Assembly: GCF_000143415.4 (NCBI RefSeq)
Contig: NW_003314338.1
Coordinates: forward strand, 444,202-508,201
DNA length: 64,000 bases
Origin: Selaginella moellendorffii
Lineage: Eukaryota; Plantae; Lycopodiophyta
Reading direction: 5' to 3'
Shown one piece after another: positions 32,870-46,292 of this stretch; position 1 is the first letter of the stretch, and each line of letters starts with the position of its first letter. The notes beneath the pieces were generated by a model. The model saw only the letters and a program-made list of their open reading frames with translations, did not search any database and was not told where the DNA came from. Position numbers and translations under genes: made by a program.

Positions 32870-35720
32870 CTCACTTGAGCAACTTTAGTTCCTTGGTATT
32901 ATTGATTGGAATTTATATAGATTGGCTAGTGTGATAATTGATATGAACAAGTGTTTCTTAGTCATGCAACATTCATTTTGTTTTGTTAATTGTTGCTCGA
33001 GTTAGTTTTCATAGATTAAAATGTTATTTCTTTCAGGTGATACATTCGTGAGCATCTTGCTTGCTAATCAATGATATTTTGTGTTCTTTGAGTTATCTTA
33101 TATAAGTTGTTTAGCATGCTATCTACAATCTTTAATAATTAAGTTTTTATCATTGCATATTCTTAATGATGCATTTACTATTGAATTTTGTTGGATAGTG
33201 AATCCTATATTTTCTAATCTTGATGGTTCCTATACTATCATATTGGTTTATCGGATGATAACTTACTTGGAATACTTTTGTGTTCTAATCTAAGATTTCT
33301 TCACAGATAATTCAATCTCTTAGATTATAACTTTGATATTGTCCATATATTAATCTTTGAGTTTGGGCTTGTATAGGTAAACTAGCTTCAACATTTCGTG
33401 TGCATGGTGAAATCTCTAGATATGGGGTAACTACTATAAACTGGTCACATCACCCACCTCTCTATTGATATTCCTTATTCCGTTAAAAGGCCTTAACTGT
33501 GTAAACAACTCTAACTACCTATTTATAGTAGTCTATTTAAACCTTACTGACGTGTTTAGTTTCTTTGCTCAAGACAATTAGGGCTTTTGGCTTCTCTCTC
33601 TATGCCACCTATGGGTAGGGGCATATCACACTTTTATAAGCTAGGTGACACTCAGAGTAGCAAGGGTGGTTAACTTCGTTAGTCATTTCTTTGTCGGCAA
33701 CAGCTGGAAGGTGTCTGAGTTGGTAATGCATCCACGTTAGACAAAGAGGTTAAACTCATTTAAGTTGGTGCATTTCTCATATAGTGTGATCATTGTGAAC
33801 TTTTTCTAGAGTTGTTTCTTTGGCGGTGGTCTAGACTCGAGTATGCATCAATGAGGATATCAATCTTCCCTACAGGGGGAGAGTGTCGTAAATGTGACCT
33901 TGGATATCAAAAATTATCTGTCAGCTAGTAATTATGGACACTCTTTCTTTACTGCCACAATGGCAAGAGGTCGGTATTGCTGGACCTTTTATCAATCCCT
34001 CTTGTTCAAGTGTTAGTAAACTAGACTTTGCATCTGTACTTGGCCAAATGAGCATAAAGACAGAATTCCTAAGTATCTATTTAGCCAAGTATACTTAGCT
34101 CGGCTTTTTAGTTCTCTTTTACTCTATCTTGCACTTGCTTGACAAGAACCCTCGCATATTGAGATTAGTCCCTCAATAACACTAGATGATAGCTTATCGT
34201 GTCTGCTAAACACCCTCATTATCATGCCCTTTGTGTTAGTCTCATTCCAATCCCAAATGCTATTTATGGAAAGTGTTTAGATTTGCTCATTTGGCATATC
34301 TATGGAATGTAGAGATTGTCTTGAACACAATGGTGTTCGTCCTATGTCCAAATTCATAATTTAGAGATATTCTATATTTAATAAGTTTTGAGCTTGTCCT
34401 AGAGACTAACTTCTAGTACTAAGGGAGGATTGGGGTGAAAGCCCAAAGCGTGTGTTCTTTGAAAGGGGGGGGGGGGGGGGGGGTAGGGATAGTGGGTAGG
34501 TCAGGCATAGTTTAGCTCTCGCTTGCGTGCCTGTCTTTGTTTTGCATCCAGCTTGGGTCTAAGCCCAAGTTCCACACTATGCTAGCTGGTGAAGTACCCA
34601 TACCCTTGTGTTAGGCCGTCGGTATACTGAAATAGCGCTAAACACCATTTGGCTTCATTTTGCACGTTAGTTCTAGCATTGGGATGTTAGTTGCTCTAGG
34701 ACTAATCCAAGTTGCTCTGTGCTCCTGTCCCTTCACTCCTTGGGCTATATGCTTAGGAATCATTCCGTCATCCGGTTCCATCACTATGTTTGGGAGTTTG
34801 GCACCGTACCTTCATTCAGTAGCCCAAGGCTCTGAAACTTGGGTTCCACTCCGCTGTCCTTTAGACATGTGGCATATGACACGTGGCATATGGAGGGTTT
34901 AAGTTCCACTTTGTGATTATCCTATGGTAAATTACCATAGGATAATTGGTAAAAATCACATGCACTACATCAACTAACAATCACTCTTTAACTTGCCTTC
35001 ACAAAACCCAAACACTAAACTCACATTATTAAGTCATATATTTGTCCAATATGAATGTAATACCCCAAATATGAGATATTGGCTCATGGACAAGCACGAA
35101 CTAAATGTCTACTTGAATTCAACTCAACCATAATAAACTCACTAATGCATTTAGCCAATAGCTCTAAGCATGCTTTGAAAAGGCTAGCTATGCATAATTA
35201 ACACTTAGTCAAAACTAAAGTGAAGACTATGAGATGGACTCATATTGGTAAACAACCTCTTCATAAACAAAGTTATAGTATGGGCACCAACATCTCAACC
35301 TGAAACAACTAAATTGGACATCACTATCCTTATCCAAGATGCAGGGCCATGAAGACCAAGTCAAGATCAACAAAGACTCACTACTCTTATAGAGTCTTAA
35401 TGAGTGTAAAGTGCAACTTACCACCAAGCATAACTCTATAAAAGAAAGGCATAAATATTACCTTTCTAAAAAAGTGCAATGGCCACTTTTCTACACCAAC
35501 TCTAGACTTTATCCAACTCAATTGCTTTAGTCCCAAAAGTCAGCATCCCTTTCGGGTTGCATCATACAAACTACCTACTAAGGTCTAAGCTAACCGAAAT
35601 CAATTCCAATCCCTTCACTAGTTTATACTGGCTTACAAAAATAGAATGGTTTTCGAGCAAAAATGATTAACAAATCAGCCATTGGAAAAGCCTAAGAAAA
35701 TTTGTGGAAAGAATTTTAGA
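32870..35720 (+). repeat. Direct duplication, copy 1 (retroelement internal end + LTR A + inverted gag-like segment)
   Basis: Matches 39755-41915, including near-identical ORF-track entries 33081-33293 and 39967-40179. Confidence 0.85.
33884..34969 (+). mobile_element. LTR (family A, ~1.09 kb) of a probable Ty1/copia-like retrotransposon
   Basis: Preceded by polypurine tract AGGGGGAGAG (33874-33883); begins TGTCG and ends CTACA; internal poly-G. The homologous end at ~46278 is followed by a degenerate tRNA-Met PBS (TTGATATCAAAG). Confidence 0.7.
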
Positions 35721-38340
35721 GAAAAAATGACTCTTAGTTTAGGAATGTAAATTTTCAAGACTCAGCCAACTTCCTCCTATTTACAACTTCATGTAAGTTC
35801 ACCCCAACACCAATTCTTATGACCCATAGTATGCTTAAGCCTCGAACATCATACCCATATTTTTTATATCCAACATTGACATTCGTAAAATGCAAAATGA
35901 ACATTTAAGGCTTGATCACGAAAACCATATCTTCAGACATCCACATTGCACTAACACTCTTCTTTAATCATCTTTAAGATTTAATGTGAATCCAAAACAT
36001 TAATAAGAAAAATGACATAGGAAATCAAGGTCTAGGGAAAATTCCTCATCATTCGAAATAACAATGCCACTTCCACTAACACAAGTGTTAGTAATGTTAA
36101 TGCCTTAATTTTACACCTTCTTTATCCAACAATCTACTCCAAGTGCTAATAGATCAACCAACAAACAATAGCAAGTGAATGCCATAACCTTAATAAACAA
36201 ACTCCTCAGGAAACAAGATACCAACTTAAGTTTAACACATCATAGATCACTATTGAGAATCCAGTCAAGGCTACTTCAATGTTACTATTTGCAACTAGAT
36301 TAGCTTCACTATCAACCACTTTGGGGTTAATCATTGTATAACCAAGTAACTTTGTAAATATATTACTTATTATCACATGGATATAATATAAAATCACAAT
36401 GACTTAATCATCAATTGAGCAACACCATGAGTAATGCATATATTACTACTACAAAGGTTATATAAATATGAAGTGCCAACTCAATTCGACAAAATGCAAC
36501 ATAAATGCCACACTCCACTGATAGAGATTTACGATACCCAACACCACTAACATTTGTTCACAACATGGACAAGCTCATGCCATTAGTAGATCCTTCTTAG
36601 GCATGATTATAAGTGGATCAATCATGACTATAAGAATTAGTCTATTGGTTCAAAGTAGTCATTGCCGTGTTCTCTCATAAACTTTTCTTAGATTAGACTG
36701 AAGGCAATGCAAAAGTAAGCTTGAGGTTTGGTCAAAGATGAGACCGAAAAGAGAGTTACTAGAGTTGAAGGATCAAACACATAAATCATTTTCTTTTCTT
36801 GGAGAGATGATTTGCAACGAGGTGTGACTCATTGCTCATGTTCACGATATGCAATCAAAAGTCCCTATTCTGATGCATGTTGGAAATGATAGTCTTACAA
36901 GTGGTGAGTCATGGGATGGATAGTAGTGAAGCGCTATATCATTTTATCTAGACTTACTATTGAAGACTTAGATTACAATGCTCAATTCTTTTTTCAGGAA
37001 CCTTGCTATTGCTCCTTGAGTAACATAGTGTTGGATTAATTTTGAGTTTAGTTTGAAAAGAGAGTGACATAAGCTTGTCTGTGTTGTGAACAAAAGTTAG
37101 TGGTATTAGGTGTTGTAAATCTTTATCAGTGGGGTGTAGCATTTATGTTATATTTTATCAAATTAAGTTGGCACTTGATATTCATATAAACCTTTGAAGT
37201 AATGACATGAACATTACTTATAGTGTTGCTCAATTAATGATCAAGTTATTGTGACTTCCATATTATATCTATATGATAATGAGTAATGTGTTTATAAAGT
37301 TGTTTGGTTAGACGATAATCAATGCCAAAGTGGTTGATGGTGAAGTTAATCTACTTATAAGTAGTAGCATTGTAATAGCTTTAACTGGATTCTCAATGGT
37401 GAACCATTATGCTAAGCTTAAGTTAGTTCCTTGAGTTTGCCTATTGAGGTGATGGAAAAGGGTTATAACATTCAATTATTATAGCTCGTTAGTTGATCCA
37501 TTGGCACTTGGAGTAGATTGTTGAATCGAAGAGGTATGTAGTTGAGGCATTGACATTATTAGCATTTGTGTTAATGGAAGTGGCATTATTATTNNNNNNN
37601 NNNNNNNNNNNNNNNNNNNNNNNNNNNNNNNNNNNNNNNNNNNNNNNNNNNNNNNNNNNNNNNNNNNNNNNNNNNNNNNNNNNNNNNNNNNNNNNNNNNN
37701 NNNNNNNNNNNNNNNNNNNNNNNNNNNNNNNNNNNNNNNNATAAGGCAACCTGAAAAGGATGCTAACCTTTAGGGCTAAGGCAATTGAGTTGGATAAAGT
37801 CTAGAGTTGGTGTGAAAAAATGGCCATTGTACTGTTCTAGAAAGGTGACCTTTAGGCCTTTCTTTTATAGTGTTATGCTTGGTGGTAGGTTGCACCTTAC
37901 ATTTCATTAGATTCTATGAGAGTAGTGAGCTCTCATTGATCTTGACTTGGTCTTGGTAGCTTTGTGCCTTGGTTGAAGATAATAATGTCCAACTTAATTA
38001 TTCAAAGTTGAAATGTTAGTACTCGTACTATAACTGTCTATGAAGAGGTTGTGTACCGATATAAGTCTATCTCATGGTCTTCACTTTAGTTTCGGTTGAG
38101 TGTTGATCATGCATAGCTAGCCTCTTCAAGGCATGCTTAGAGCTATTGGCTAAACGTATTAGTGAGCTTAGTGCAGTTGAGTTGGATTGAAGTGGTCATT
38201 TAGTTCATGCTTGTTCATGAGCTAATATCTCATATATGGGGTATTGCATTCACACTGGACAAATATATGATTTAATAACGTGAGTTTAATGTTTGGGTTT
38301 TATGAAGGCAATTTGAAGAGTGATTGTTGGTTGTTTTATT
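34970..38340. repeat. Large inverted repeat: arms ~34970-36500 and ~37130-38340, spacer ~630 bp
   Basis: 36060-36500 is the reverse complement of 37130-37593; 34970-35560 is the reverse complement of 37741-38340. The missing part of the right arm coincides with the N gap. Confidence 0.8.
37594..37740. other. Assembly gap (147 N)
   Basis: Run of N. Confidence 1.
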
Positions 38341-39754
38341 ACTAGTGATTGTTCATAAACTTGGTCAAAGACTATTTGACACTTTCTTCGTTCAATGATG
38401 ATTTAATAATGATGGGCTTGCTTTATCGGATAGTGTTGCAAAGGATCGTGTCATTAAACTTACATGGTTCTTTCATGTTGGCATATCAATTCTACCTTTG
38501 TCAATGTCATTTGGTTGCATTTAATCTGTAAAGTTGGATTTCATGAAGTCTTGGATGTGGTGAATCACTCCTCGATGATATGTTATTTGAAACTAAGTAG
38601 TGTTGGAGGATTAATTTTAAATACTAATTAAAGTATCTTTGACTTTGGTTAGCTTGGTTGCTGGAGAGCTTTGAGTGGTAATTCACTCTTGCTTTCTATT
38701 AGCTTTGTTATAGTGTTGATGACATAGAAGTGATGCCTTGTCATTGACATTATTATTGTTGAAATTCAAGTGGGATGAAATATCTCTCCGTGGGATTGAT
38801 ATTGAGTTTCATTAGTCTTGATGTAAATAATGTTGATGCTTGGGCTGTAGCTTTATATTATTGGCAGCTACATAATTGTTAATTAACAACTGTGTTGACG
38901 TTCAAACGAGTTGAGTGGCAAGTTTGAGTTAATTATGTTTTAGACAAAATTATTTAGTAGGGGTTGAGCTTTGGCTTTTCTTTGAAAAGTGATTTAGTCA
39001 TGGACTATATTAGCCTTACAAGAGAAAGAGTTAGTGATCGATATTGAAGTGATTGAATCTTTGTTAGATTTAATTTGGGATATATTAATTATTAATGATT
39101 CTTCTTGTGCTTGTTCTAAAGTGAGTTACGTTTTGCTATAGATGAATTCATGAAGGATCATTTGATGATCACTTATTGAGCATAGCTTCATTATGTTTAG
39201 CTTTTGAGTTAATGCAAATATACTCTTCATTAGCTTTGGCATTATGAAGTTTGGCTTATGGATGTATTAAGGAGGATATTGTGAGTTGTACCTGATTTCT
39301 TCTTTAACATTAAAATTAATTCATGTGAGACTCGTGATCATTGTTAGGCAAGACTTAGCTATAAAATTCTTCAAGCTTTTGGTTCTTTGAGTTTTATGCT
39401 CATTGTCCTATTTGTTAGAAGTTGTTGGGGAAGGCATTTGGTTTATTAACTTTGATGTTGAAGTTAGTTTTTGCATCTAGCAATCATTGGTGATAATTGA
39501 TTATCATCTTGGGATAGTTGATTGTTCTCATTAAAAGTTTTGTTTGATTATTGTTGATTTAGAATGACTTGCCATTCTTCGGGATGGTGAATTCTTTCTT
39601 CGACGATGATTATGCATCTTTTCATTGATGGGATGATTGATGATCTTTTATGATAGTTAGTTATTCTCTTTGATGGCTTATGGTTTTCGCATTACCACAT
39701 GTTCTTTGTGGTTTGCTCTAGATTGGTCTCAGACATCAGTAATATGTTGCTGAC

Positions 39755-41915
39755 ACTCGCTTGAGCAACTCTAGTTCCTTGGTATTATTAACCGGAATTT
39801 ATACAGATTTGCTAGTGCAATAATTGGCATGAATGAGTATTTATTGGTCATGCAACATTCATTCTGTTTTGTTAATTGTTGCTTGAGTTAGTTTTTATAG
39901 ATTAGAATGTTAGTTCCTTCACATGATACATTCGCGAGTATCTTACTTGCCAGTCAATGATACTTTGTGTTCTTTGAGTTATCTTATATAAGTTGTTTAG
40001 CATGCTGTCTACAATCTTTGATAGTTAAGTTTTTATCATTACGTATTCTTAATGATGCATTTACTATTGAATTTTGTTGGATAGTGAATCGTATGTTTTT
40101 TGATCTTGATAGTTCCTATACTATCATATTGGTTTATCGGATGATAACTTACTTGGAATACTTTTGTGTTCTAATCTAAGATTTCTTCACAGATAATTCA
40201 ATCTCTTAGATATCATTGTTTATAACTTTGATATTGTCCATATATTAATCTTTGAGTTTGGGCTAGTATAGGTAACTAGCTTCAGCNNNNNNNNNNNNNN
40301 NNNNNNNNNNNNNNNNNNNNNNNNNNNNNNNNNNNNNNNNNNNNNNNNNNNNNNNNNNNNNNNNNNNNNNNNNNNNNNNNNNNNNNTATCATGCCCTTTG
40401 TGTCATCTCATTCCGGTCCTAAATGCTATTTATGGAAAGTGTTCAGATTTGCTCATTTGGCATATCTATGGAATGTAGAGATTATCTTGAACACAATGGT
40501 GTTTGTCCTATGTCCAAATTCATAATTTAGAGATATTCTATATTTAGTAAGTTTTGAGCTTGTCTTAGAGAATAACTTCTAGTACTAAGGGAGGATTGGG
40601 GCGAAAGCCCAAAGCATGTGTTCCTTCGGGGGGGGGCGGGAGGGGGGGTTATGGGGGGTTTTAAATGTATAGTAGGGATAGTGGGTAGGTTGGGCATGGC
40701 CAACTAACCTGAGGCATAGTTTAGCTCCCGCTTGCGTGCCTATCATTGTTTTGCGTCTAACTTGGGTCTAAGCCTAAGTTCCACACTATGCTAGTTGGTG
40801 GAGTACCCATATCCTTGTGTTAGGCCACTAGTATGTTGAAATAGCGCCAGACACCATTTGGCTCTGTTTTGCGTGTTGGTTCTGTCATTAGGATGTTGGT
40901 TATTCTAGGACTGATCTAAGTTGCTCCGTGCTCTTGTCTCTTCACTCCTTATGCTATATGCTCGGGAGTAATTCTATGGTTTAGTTCCATCACTCCTTGG
41001 CTCTATGCTTAGGAGTTTGGCACCGTACCTTCGTTCAGTGGCCCAAGTCTCTAAAACTCGGGTTGCACTCCACTGTCCTTTGGACATGTGGCATATAGAG
41101 GGTTTAGGTTCCACTTCGTGGTTATCCTATAGTAAATCACCATAGGATAAATGGTAAAAACCACATTCGCTATAGCAACCAACAATCACTTTTTAACTTG
41201 CCTTCACAAGACCCAAACACTAAACTCACGTCGTTAAGTTATATATTTGTTCAATATGAATGTAATACCCTAGATATGAGATATTGGCTCATGGACAAGC
41301 ACAAACTAAAATGACCACTTGAATCCAACTCAACCACAATAAGCTCACTCATGCATTTAACTAATAGCTCTGAGCATGCTTTGAAAATGCTAGTTATGCA
41401 TGATCAACACTTAGTCAAAACTAAAGTGAAGACCGTGAGATGGACTCATATTGGTACACAACCTCCTCATAGATAAAGCTATAGTATGGGTACTAACATC
41501 TCAACCTGAAACAATTAAGTTGGACATCACTATCCTCAGCCAAGGTGCAAGGCCACGAAGACCAAGTCAAGATTAACAAAAGCTCACTACTCTCAAAGTC
41601 TTAATGAAATGCAAGGTGTAACTTGCCACCAAGCATAACTCTATAAAAGAAAGGCATAAATATCACCTTTCTAGAAAAGCGTAATGGCCACTTTTCTACA
41701 CCAACTCCAGACTCTATTTAACTCAATTGTCTTACCCCCAAAAGTCAGCATCCCTTTCGGGTTGCATCATACAAATTACCTACTAAGGTTTAAGCTAACC
41801 GAAATTAATTCCAACCCCTTCACTAGTTCGTATTGGCTTACAAAAATAGAATGGTTTTCGAGCAAAAATGATTAACAAATCAGCCATTGAAAAAGCCTAA
41901 GAAAATTTGTGGAAA
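39755..41915 (+). repeat. Direct duplication, copy 2 (spans an N gap)
   Basis: Matches 32870-33390 before the gap and 34219-35720 after it. Confidence 0.85.
40287..40386. other. Assembly gap (100 N, probably of unknown size)
   Basis: Run of exactly 100 N; the paralogous copy has ~830 bp at this position. Confidence 1.
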
Positions 41916-42249
41916 TTTTCCATCTTTCCATAGAGGGTCCTATGATCAAGTCTTGTGGTACTAAGGGTTGTTAAAAATCTGATGGCTTGGTGTGCTTGGC
42001 TGTTTATGCCTGCAAGGAGTGTAGCCGAACCTTAAGTCTAATCTAACCTAGAGAGGGGGATTGGGAGAGATTTGGGAATCCGTTGAGGGATTGTTAGCAC
42101 TCTGTTGCTCGTGTAGTGAGTAGCTGAAACCAAGTAGGAGCTAGTACCATAGGCGGGAACCTTGGCGAGGGAACTTAGCTAAGTTTAAGGAAGTGTCGGT
42201 CAAATAGATAAGGTAAGTTGGCAAATTGAAAAGGAAAAATTTGTGGCTT

Positions 42250-43106
42250 ACACCAAGCCAAACGTAGAACAAGGACAGGCATGCAAGCGGGAGCTAGACT
42301 ATGCCTTAAGTTTGTCGGCCATGCCCGACCTACCCACTATCCCTATTATACATTTAGAACCCCCCATAACACTCCACTTTTGAGGAACACATGCTTTTGG
42401 CTTTCACCCCAAGCCTCTTTTAGTATCAGAAGTTAATTTCTAAGACAAGCTCGAAACTTATTAAATATGAAATGTCCTTAAATTGTGAATTTGGACATAG
42501 GATGAACACCATTGTGTTCAAAACAATCTCTACATTCTGTAGATATGCCAAATAAGCAAATTGTAAGCAACCAAAGAGAACAATTCGAGAGACAATCCAT
42601 GGGGTTCAAATATAAAGGGAAAGGGCCCATGAATAAGAGTGCACCCTCTTTTCCAATCGGTTAAGGGTTTTGGGATACTTAAGGTTAAGCGTCCTTGGGT
42701 TTGAATAGTACTGAGCTGGGTGACCTCCCGGGAAGACTTTCCATAAATAACAATTAAATGAGACGAACACAAAAGGCATGATAATGAGGGTGTTTGGCAG
42801 ACATGGTAAACTATCATTCAGTGATATTGAGGGATTAATGTCAATCTTGTCAAGCCAATGCAAGACAAAACAAAAGAGAACTAAAAGCCAAGCCAAGTAT
42901 GCTTAGCTAGAAACATATAGGAGTTCCTACTTTATGTCCATCTAGCTAAGTACAGATGCTAAGCCTAGTAAACTAACACTTGAACAAGAGAGGCTGATAA
43001 AAGGAACTAGCAATATCGACCTCCTGCCGTTATGGTAATAAGGAAAAAATATCCGAAAGGACTAACTGACATATAACTTTCAATACCCGAAGTCACATTT
43101 GCGACA
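42250..43106 (-). mobile_element. Inverted copy of LTR family A (5' part), interrupted by a 5S-containing LTR
   Basis: CACATTTGCGACA at 43094-43106 is the reverse complement of the LTR start TGTCG(T/C)AAATGTG; collinear with 33884-34560. Confidence 0.75.
42562..42740 (+). mobile_element. 5S-containing (Cassandra-like) LTR, 3'-truncated, nested in LTR A
   Basis: Starts TGTAAGC and contains GTTAAGCGTCCTTGGGTTTGAATAGTACTGAGCTGGGTGACCTCCCGGGAAG, matching the plant 5S A-box/IE/C-box region (GTTAAGCGTGCTTGGGCGAGAGTAGTACTAGGATGGGTGACCTCCTGGGAAG). Host sequence resumes at ACTTTCCATAAAT. Confidence 0.85.
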
Positions 43107-44239
43107 ATAAACCACTCTTGAGCTCATGGGTTGAAGAGTTTAGCTGTGAGTTGAGGTCAATTTTTAATTGTAGTATAATACAAATATTATAAATTTAAAA
43201 GAACTTAAGGTTCATGGTGAATTTAATATTTTTGAAACTAATTACATTATAAAAATGACATTTCTTATTTTAACATTTTAAATATTTATTATATACTATA
43301 ATAGAGATGTTCTTTAGAATATAAAATAAGAAAAGATTTATTTTTAGAAGAAGTGATTTTGTTACTTCCTTAAATCTATACTATGTGCTTTTTATTTAGT
43401 AAATATCAGGTTTATTAGAATTTTAAAATTATTAAATTTGAAATAAGATTATATACAAGGTCATGTAACTATTTGAAAGGAAGAAAATAGCCATTAATAT
43501 AAGTTAAAAGAGAGATTTGGTTTTTCTTTAGAATACATTCTTGAGGGGTTTATCATATCATAGTGTTTAGAATTTATAAATTTTCACTTGTACTCTTATT
43601 CAAAAAAAGGGAAATACATATAAATGTCTATGGGCTCTAGTATTAGTACTTTTCACTCTTGCAATCTTTCTTCCTAGGGTAGTAATTCAAGGGTTAGAAG
43701 TTGCAATAGTTGTGTTATTGCACAATATAACTAAATGATATAAAAAATAAAAAGAAAATTGTGAAAATAGTGATTACAAATTGAAGATAAACATAATGAC
43801 AAAGGGTGCAATAAATTAACTGTAGAGAAATGCCCTTCTATTTTTTTAAAAAAACTATAATTTTATGACTTTCAAGAAATACTCTTGTTATTTTTTGGTT
43901 TCTAATAGAAAGAATGGCGATGATTAGTATGATGGTATATATGCTCTTGCAACACATTGCAACATTATACCTATAAAAGACTACTAAAGATAAAAATGGA
44001 GACATATTGGTATTATAGACAATATTGCAAAAGGAACACTTCTAAGTGTATAAATTAAAAAATATACTTTTTAATTAATTATATAAAGTATAATAAGCTT
44101 ATGTTATTGATAGAAAATAAATATCAATAGTCTTATAGTTTTGGTAAATCTAGTTAGCTCCAAGACTTGTCTAGTGTACATCTAAAATTCTATCCCAAAC
44201 AATATAATGTAAGAAAAAGATATTATAATGTATAAAATA

Positions 44240-44560
44240 TAACATATATACCTCCCAAGGCTAATAGCAAGTTTTATGCCTTCTAGTAAATTCCACAAGC
44301 TAGCCTCTTCTAGTTGAGTCTTTTGCCAGCCTAGATTAAGCAGGGAACTTGTGATAAAATCCTTAAGGATAGTTTTTTGAATATGCTTTGAAATTGTAGA
44401 TGAGTTTCTCAAAGTCTTCTTACATAACATTTTTGAAACAATAAAGAAAACTCTTTTATATCCCTTCTTATATTGAATGCATGTATGTCCTAATATGCAT
44501 ACCCACTCCATCCCAAAGAAGAAAGTAGTACATCTTGACCTCATAGATAGTATGATATAG
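44240..44560 (-). mobile_element. Decayed LINE-type RNase H-like fragment
   Basis: NLGWQKTQLEEASLWNLLEGIKLAISLG resembles the plant non-LTR RNase H motif NLG......AELW.LLEGL.LA..LG. Confidence 0.4.
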
Positions 44561-45374
44561 AGGAGCATTTTTTCAGAACTGGCACTTTAATCCAATAGTA
44601 ATGTGTCATAAGCAAAAGGATTGATTACTGACCTTTCATAAATATGGAATTTCTATAACAATCTCAATTGTATATTTCATTCATGCAATCCAAATGCTAA
44701 CCACACTGAACCATAAACCCTATACCTTTAAAATATTGAAAGTGTGGTTTTGATCTTGCACATATTATGAACATCTTACTTGATCTCCATCCCCTTCTGT
44801 CTGGAACTAGTGTTGGTAATAAGAAGTGGTAGCTAGAAGAAGATGTTGGTGTTGTATTAGGATGGAAGCTCACTCATGGGCCTATACAAAAATAAGCATA
44901 TATAAACTAAAAGGTGGGAAAATTAGAAAGTATTGCTAATAACTTTAAATATTGTTAAAGATAGAGTTGGTGAATTTGAGGCCAACACTAGTATAACTTC
45001 TCCACTTGAAATGGAAGCAAAGAGGATAATGATTGATTTTTGCTTCACATTCACTTGGCTGGAGTATATTTTAGAACTTTGACTAAAGATCCAAAAACTT
45101 AAATCTACTTGAACTTGGAATTTTATAAATCCCATTACTGTCCACCCTCACCCACACTAGAAAGAAGAAACTTTAAACATGCAACCATATCAGTGTTGTT
45201 ACAAATCACAACCTTTAATAGAATAAAGCATTATATCACAAATGTGGCTACAGGTATTGAAAATTATATGTCAGCAAATCCTTTCAGATATTTTTTCCTT
45301 ACTATCACAACAATAAGAGGTTAGTATTACTAATTCCCTTTCAACCCCATTAGTAAACTTGACTTAATATATAT

Positions 45375-46292
45375 ATTTGGCTAGATAAGCATAAAAGAGG
45401 AATTCCTAAGTGTCTATTTAGCCAAGTATACTTATAACAGTAATAGTATGTAGCCTAATTTATTAATTCTCTTTCACTTTGTTATGCACTAACATGATGA
45501 AAACCCCTGTAATATTGAGATTGGTCCCTCAATATTCATTAGGTGATAGCTTACTATATCTACTAAGTCACTCTCGCTATCATGCCCTACATGTTGGTTT
45601 CGTTTGATCCTATTGGTTATTTATGGAAATGGTGGTGTTCCTATGTTCAAATTTGCAATTTAACACCATTTTAAATTTAGTAAGTTTTTGTCACTGTTCT
45701 AGAGACTAACTCTTGGGACTAAAATGAAAGCCCAAAGCATGCATTCTTTAGTGGGGGGCGGGGGGGGGGGGGCACTAGAGGGGGTTCCAAATGTATAGTA
45801 GGGATAGTGGGTAAGTTGGGCATGATTAATTAACTTAAGGTATGGTTCAGCTTTTGCTTGTGTGTTTGTCTTTGTTTTATGTCTGACTTGGATCTAAGCC
45901 CAAATTCTATACTATGTTAGTTGGTGGAATATCTATATCCTTGCATTAGGCCACCGATATACTAAAATTATGTTAAACTCCATTTGGCTCCATTTTGTAT
46001 GTTGGTCTTGACATTAGGATGTTAAATATTCTAGAACTATTCCAAGTCTTGTCTATTCACTCCTTGGGCTATATGCTTAGGAGTCATTCTATGCTCCTCC
46101 AAGCCTTGGGCTACTAAATAAAGGGACAAAGCCAAATTCTTAAGTATGGAGCCAAAGAGTGAAGAAGTTTTGCTCTACTGCTCTTGGACATGTGGTATAT
46201 GGAGGGTTTAGGTTCTGCTTTATGGTTATCTTATGGTAAATCACCATAGAATAAAAATTGAAAACCATATGCACTACATTTGATATCAAAGG
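45375..46292 (+). mobile_element. Decayed LTR family A copy with a degenerate tRNA-Met primer-binding site
   Basis: Collinear with 34040-34969, ends GCACTACA and is followed by TTTGATATCAAAG (compare TGGTATCAGAGC). Confidence 0.65.

Noticed and set aside
34916-34969. Helitron 3' end (hairpin near terminus)
   Set aside because: No CTRR terminus; TG...CA ends, an upstream PPT and a PBS-like sequence after another copy favour an LTR.
33081-40179. Duplicated 70-aa ORFs (33081-33293, 39967-40179) as a small gene family
   Set aside because: Non-ATG starts, inside duplicated decayed retroelement sequence; the similarity reflects the DNA duplication.
42680-42740. Functional 5S rRNA gene
   Set aside because: Only ~55 nt of the internal control region is present, without the 5S 5' part or terminator, and it is embedded in an LTR-like element.
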